A model generated the notes under the pieces. The model was not told the DNA's origin. It was given only the letters and a program-made list of their open reading frames with translations, and searched no databases. DNA of 62,809 nt, filler included. It is 3 parts of 3 records of this genome, joined end to end, with 100 filler letters (N's around TTAATTAATTAA, not from the genome) between each part and the next. Parts side by side here need not be neighbours in the genome. Positions count along the whole stretch, not along the records: positions 57,422 to 62,809 come from SRR20825019_1195; 2 more parts are not named here. The stretch is one strand, 5' to 3'. This document shows positions 59,027-62,809 of this stretch, piece after piece. Within the stretch, counting starts at the first letter, position 1. Each line of letters starts with the position of its first letter. A program made the translations under genes and the position numbers.

Positions 59027-61572
59027 GCCCGAACCGAGTCCGTCCTCTGCTTGCTCTCAGGCTGGCGCTGCGCGAAATGCGTGGCGGCTTGTCCGGATTT
59101 TACATTTTCCTGGCCTGCATTGCTCTGGGCGTTGCCGCCATTTCTGCCGTCAACTCCGTATCTCAGGCTGTCAATCAGGGCATTCAGGAACGCGGGCGGG
59201 AAATCCTCGCCGCCGATATCCGCTTCGAACGCGATAATGAACCGCTTGGCGGCGAAGCGCTTTCCTATATTGAAAGCCTCGGCGCGGTCTCGCAGTCAGC
59301 AACACTGCGCTCAATGACACGGCTTCCCGATGGCTCGGACCAGTCGCTGGCCGAGGTCAAGGCTGTAGATGGCCAGTATCCGCTTTATGGCAATGTGGTT
59401 GCCGATCCGCCGCAGTCTGTTTCTGAAGCGCTCGCCGATCAGGATGGACGCTACGGCGTTCTGGTCGCGCCGCTCCTTGCAGACCGGCTGGGCGTTTCTC
59501 CCGGTGATACATTGCTGCTGGGTAACACAAAGCTAAGGGTTTCCGGCAGGCTGGTGGAAGAGCCCGATGCACTTTCGGAAGGCTTTGCCTTTGCCCCCCG
59601 CATTCTGATTAGCCGGGCAGCACTTGATGCCTCTGGTCTTGTCCGGCAGGGAAGCCTGATCGACTATTCTTACCGAGTCCGGCTGCCAGACACCGCCATC
59701 GCACCTGAGACCGTGAAGACCGAAGCCGAGGAAAAGTTTCCCAACATTGGCTGGTCGGTGCGCACCTCTGATCGCGCAGCCCCTTCCTTGAGCGAGAATG
59801 TTGACCGCCTTTCGGAGTTTCTGACGCTCGTCGGGTTGGCAACACTGATCACGGGCGGTGTCGGCATTGCCAATGCCGTCAGTGCCTATCTGGAAAGCCG
59901 GCGCCGCGCCATTGCAGCATTCAAATGCCTTGGCGCGCCTGCCAATATGGTGGTGCTGATCTATTTCATTCAAATCATGCTGGTCGCCCTGATCGGCATT
60001 GCAATCGGCATGGTGTTTGGCGCGGTCATTCCACTCATCGCCCTGCCGCTGCTTTCATCACTGCTGGAGATCAGCTTCCCGCTGGCGGTTTATCCGCTGG
60101 CATTGGCGCTTGCTGCACTTTTTGGCCTGCTGACAGCGGGTGCTTTTGCAATCCTGCCTTTGTCCGCAGCCCGGCATGTACCCGCTACAGCGCTGTTGCG
60201 TGAACATGGCTATGATGAAGGAAACCGGCCAGGCTGGCCCTATCTTCTGGCTGCGGGACTGATACTGGCAGCGCTTGCGGCTTTGGCTGTTCTGACAACG
60301 GAGGAACGTTTCGTCGCTGCTGTATTCCTCGGTGCAACGGCTGGTGCATTTGTTGTGCTTCGCCTGGTTGCCTTCGGTATCAAGGCGCTTGCCCGCCGTG
60401 CGCCGCACCCGAAAGCACCGTCCTTGCGGCTGGCAATAGGCAATATTCATCGCCCCGGTTCACTCACCGGCTCTGTGGTTTTGTCGCTTGGTCTCGGTTT
60501 GACGCTTCTGGTGGCGCTGGCGCTGATTGACGGCAATCTCAACCGTGAGCTTTCAAGCACGCTGCCGGAACGGGCTCCGAACTTCTTCTTCGTTGATATT
60601 CAGAGCAATGAAGCCGATGATTTCAAAAACCTGATCGGCGAACAGGCCCCCGGCAGCGACCTGACACTTGTGCCGATGTTGCGCGGGCGGATCACGGCGC
60701 TGAACGATACACCGGCGAGTGAGTGGGAGACGCCCTCGGATGAGGCTAACTGGGTGCTGCGCGGTGATCGCGGCATCACCTATGATGCCATCCTGCCCGA
60801 AAATTCCACTCTTGCCGAAGGTGAATGGTGGCCTGAAGACTACAACGGCAAGCCGCTCGTCTCCTTTGCGGCACAGGAGGGTGAAGAACTCGGACTGAAG
60901 CTGGGCGATACGATCACGGTCAAAGTTCTGGGCCGGGACATCACGGCCACGATTGCAAACTTCAGATCGGTCGAGTGGGAATCACTGTCGATCAACTTCG
61001 TCATGGTGTTTTCACCGAACACATTTGCCGGAGCGCCCCATGCCTGGCTTGCGACACTGACCGATGAAACCGCAGACACAGCACAAAATGCAGAAATCCT
61101 CGGTGTCGTGACCCGCGCCTTTCCGACGATCACCACCATTGAGGTTAAAGCAGCACTCGAAATTGCAAGCGATCTTGTCGGACAGCTGGCGACCGCCATC
61201 CGCGCCGCAGCAGCCATTGCGCTTGTGGCCTCGGTTCTGGTGCTTTCCGGTGCGCTCGCCGCAGGCAATCGCCGCCGCGGTCATGATGCGGTGATCATGA
61301 AAACGCTGGGGGCGACACGCCCGGCGCTGATCCGCGCCTTTGTCTACGAATATCTGCTGCTAGGAGCAATGACCGGACTTTTCGCACTGATTGCCGGAAG
61401 CGCCGCTGCCTGGTATGCGCTGACCCAGATTATGATGCTGCCGTTTGCATTGCTGCCGGCGGTTGCCCTTGCCACAATTGTCGGGGCTGTTACCGTGACG
61501 GTTGCGATCGGGCTTTTCGGCACCTGGCACCTTCTGGGACAAAAGCCCGCGCTTTATTTGCGCGAGCTTTGA
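59023..61572 (+). CDS. ybbP: ABC permease, YbbP-like (FtsX/MacB-type)
   Basis: 849 aa, duplicated FtsX-like TM blocks, APNFFFVDIQ, PMLRGRI. Confidence 0.88.
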   Translation: MSPNRVRPLLALRLALREMRGGLSGFYIFLACIALGVAAISAVNSVSQAVNQGIQERGREILAADIRFERDNEPLGGEALSYIESLGAVSQSATLRSMTRLPDGSDQSLAEVKAVDGQYPLYGNVVADPPQSVSEALADQDGRYGVLVAPLLADRLGVSPGDTLLLGNTKLRVSGRLVEEPDALSEGFAFAPRILISRAALDASGLVRQGSLIDYSYRVRLPDTAIAPETVKTEAEEKFPNIGWSVRTSDRAAPSLSENVDRLSEFLTLVGLATLITGGVGIANAVSAYLESRRRAIAAFKCLGAPANMVVLIYFIQIMLVALIGIAIGMVFGAVIPLIALPLLSSLLEISFPLAVYPLALALAALFGLLTAGAFAILPLSAARHVPATALLREHGYDEGNRPGWPYLLAAGLILAALAALAVLTTEERFVAAVFLGATAGAFVVLRLVAFGIKALARRAPHPKAPSLRLAIGNIHRPGSLTGSVVLSLGLGLTLLVALALIDGNLNRELSSTLPERAPNFFFVDIQSNEADDFKNLIGEQAPGSDLTLVPMLRGRITALNDTPASEWETPSDEANWVLRGDRGITYDAILPENSTLAEGEWWPEDYNGKPLVSFAAQEGEELGLKLGDTITVKVLGRDITATIANFRSVEWESLSINFVMVFSPNTFAGAPHAWLATLTDETADTAQNAEILGVVTRAFPTITTIEVKAALEIASDLVGQLATAIRAAAAIALVASVLVLSGALAAGNRRRGHDAVIMKTLGATRPALIRAFVYEYLLLGAMTGLFALIAGSAAAWYALTQIMMLPFALLPAVALATIVGAVTVTVAIGLFGTWHLLGQKPALYLREL

Positions 61573-61584
61573 ACACCGATCAAC

Positions 61585-61788
61585 CTACTTGTCGCGGCGG
61601 AGCTCATGAAGCAATTCTTCGTTGCGCCGGTCGGCAAAATAGTTCTGAACCGAAAACACGGCCCAGATTGCAGCCACCGGCCAACCGATCAGCGTGATCT
61701 GAAGGATCAGGCAGATGACACCGGAAATCGGCTTGCCAATCGTGAAGAAAGAAAGCCAGGGCAAAACGACGGCAATGAAGTAACGCAT
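61585..61788 (-). CDS. YqaE/Pmp3-like small membrane protein
   Basis: MRYFIAVVLPWLSFFTIGKP..G.ICLILQITLIGW..AAIWA. Confidence 0.75.
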   Translation of the reverse strand: MRYFIAVVLPWLSFFTIGKPISGVICLILQITLIGWPVAAIWAVFSVQNYFADRRNEELLHELRRDK

Positions 61789-62071
61789 GGGCATGTCCTT
61801 CGCTCTTTGAAGACCAGGCTGGCAAGCCGTGCCAGCCTCACGGATCACTAAATGGTGCCCCAGATGACACTTTTGCAGGTGCGATGCACTAAAACTTACG
61901 AAAAATTGAGCCTTTCCAACCCGTTTTCGGCCTGAATCGGCTTGTAACAGATAACGCGAACGATCATATTACGGTCAGGCTTGCTGGGCCCCGCAGCGGC
62001 GCCTGGGTATTATCGTTTGGAGGCAGTACCCGACACCGTGATCCACAAAGGGGCTTTAAAAGAGGAATTGA

Positions 62072-62809
62072 ATGGCTGATCTTCGTAACTACCAGACCCG
62101 CGCGCAGACGGGAGCGCACGCGAGTGCCGAAATCGATCAGGGCCTGCGCGCTTACATGCTCAAGATCTACAACCTGATGGCGCTTGGCTTGGTGATTACA
62201 GGCATTGCCGCTTTCGGGCTGAGCAGTCTTGCGACCACGACCAATCAGGCAGCAGCAGTTGCCAGCCTGCCCAATGGTATCATGCTGACCAGTCTTGGTG
62301 CCGTTGTCTACGGCTCACCGCTGAAATGGCTCGTCATGTTTGCCCCGCTGATCGCGTTCTTCTTCCTCGCGTTCCGCGTTAACAAGATGAGCGTGTCTGC
62401 AGCCCAGACGTCTTTCTGGGTCTACGCAGCGCTAACAGGCATTTCGCTGTCATCGATCTTCTTGATGTACACGACCGCCAGCATCGTTCAGACGTTTTTC
62501 ATCACGTCCGCTTCCTTCGGCGCACTTTCGCTCTACGGTTACACAACCAAGCGTGATCTTTCCGCCATGGGTTCGTTTATGGTCGTCGGCCTGTTCGGCA
62601 TCCTGATCGCAATGGTCGTCAACATTTTCCTGCAGTCAAGCGCTCTGAGCTTTGCTGTTTCGGTTCTCGGTGTTCTCATCTTCGCAGGTCTGACCGCCTG
62701 GGATACGCAGAAGCTGAAGGAAATGTATTACGACGGCGACAGCGATGTGGTTGCTGGCCGCAAGGCCGTCATGGGCGCCCTGACGCTCTACCTCGACTTC
62801 ATCAACATG
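62072..62809 (+). CDS. Bax inhibitor-1/YccA family protein, 3'-truncated
   Basis: Not in the ORF track; AGAGGA RBS; MADLRNYQ…IDQGLRAYMLKIYNLM…GYTTKRDLS…GALTLYLDFINM. Confidence 0.93.
   Translation, partial: MADLRNYQTRAQTGAHASAEIDQGLRAYMLKIYNLMALGLVITGIAAFGLSSLATTTNQAAAVASLPNGIMLTSLGAVVYGSPLKWLVMFAPLIAFFFLAFRVNKMSVSAAQTSFWVYAALTGISLSSIFLMYTTASIVQTFFITSASFGALSLYGYTTKRDLSAMGSFMVVGLFGILIAMVVNIFLQSSALSFAVSVLGVLIFAGLTAWDTQKLKEMYYDGDSDVVAGRKAVMGALTLYLDFINM

Noticed and set aside
57579-61572. tesA-ybbA-ybbP as a novel system
   Set aside because: Widely conserved, already known arrangement.
1-62809. CRISPR arrays, tRNA/rRNA genes, intact transposases or integrases, recognisable anti-phage systems
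   Set aside because: None seen by eye: no regularly spaced direct repeats and no matching motifs.

Overview
The window is three unrelated alphaproteobacterial contigs joined by two artificial 100-nt spacers (N-run/TTAATTAATTAA/N-run at 31853-31952 and 57322-57421). Contig 1 (1-31852) is accessory catabolic DNA, probably Rhodobacteraceae-like. It carries a TAXI-TRAP transporter, a GntR-linked MatB-like ligase/CoA-transferase/crotonase/ABC cluster, and an orphan one-module NRPS (C-A[Gly code]-T-TE) behind a structured leader. It also carries a 13.7-kb aromatic-degradation cluster (P450 + ferredoxin + reductase, MhpA-like hydroxylase, TRAP, IclR, FAH, BKACE, beta-GST, extradiol dioxygenase) whose intergenic regions share five copies of the palindrome TGTYC-N7-GRACA. 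Contig 2 (31953-57321) is mostly housekeeping (coxC-surf1-thrC-M16-rimJ, yqgE-dsbD-prx, hslO-argF-argD, trpS, dcd). It also has an unannotated Trp-Trp leader peptide/attenuator upstream of trpS, an orphan antitoxin with a decayed toxin, and a perfect Lrp-type palindrome. Contig 3 (57422-62809) is a Rhizobiales-type thpR-tesA-ybbA-ybbP-yccA locus. No rRNA, tRNA or CRISPR array was seen. Family and taxon assignments come from motif recognition by eye, not database searches.
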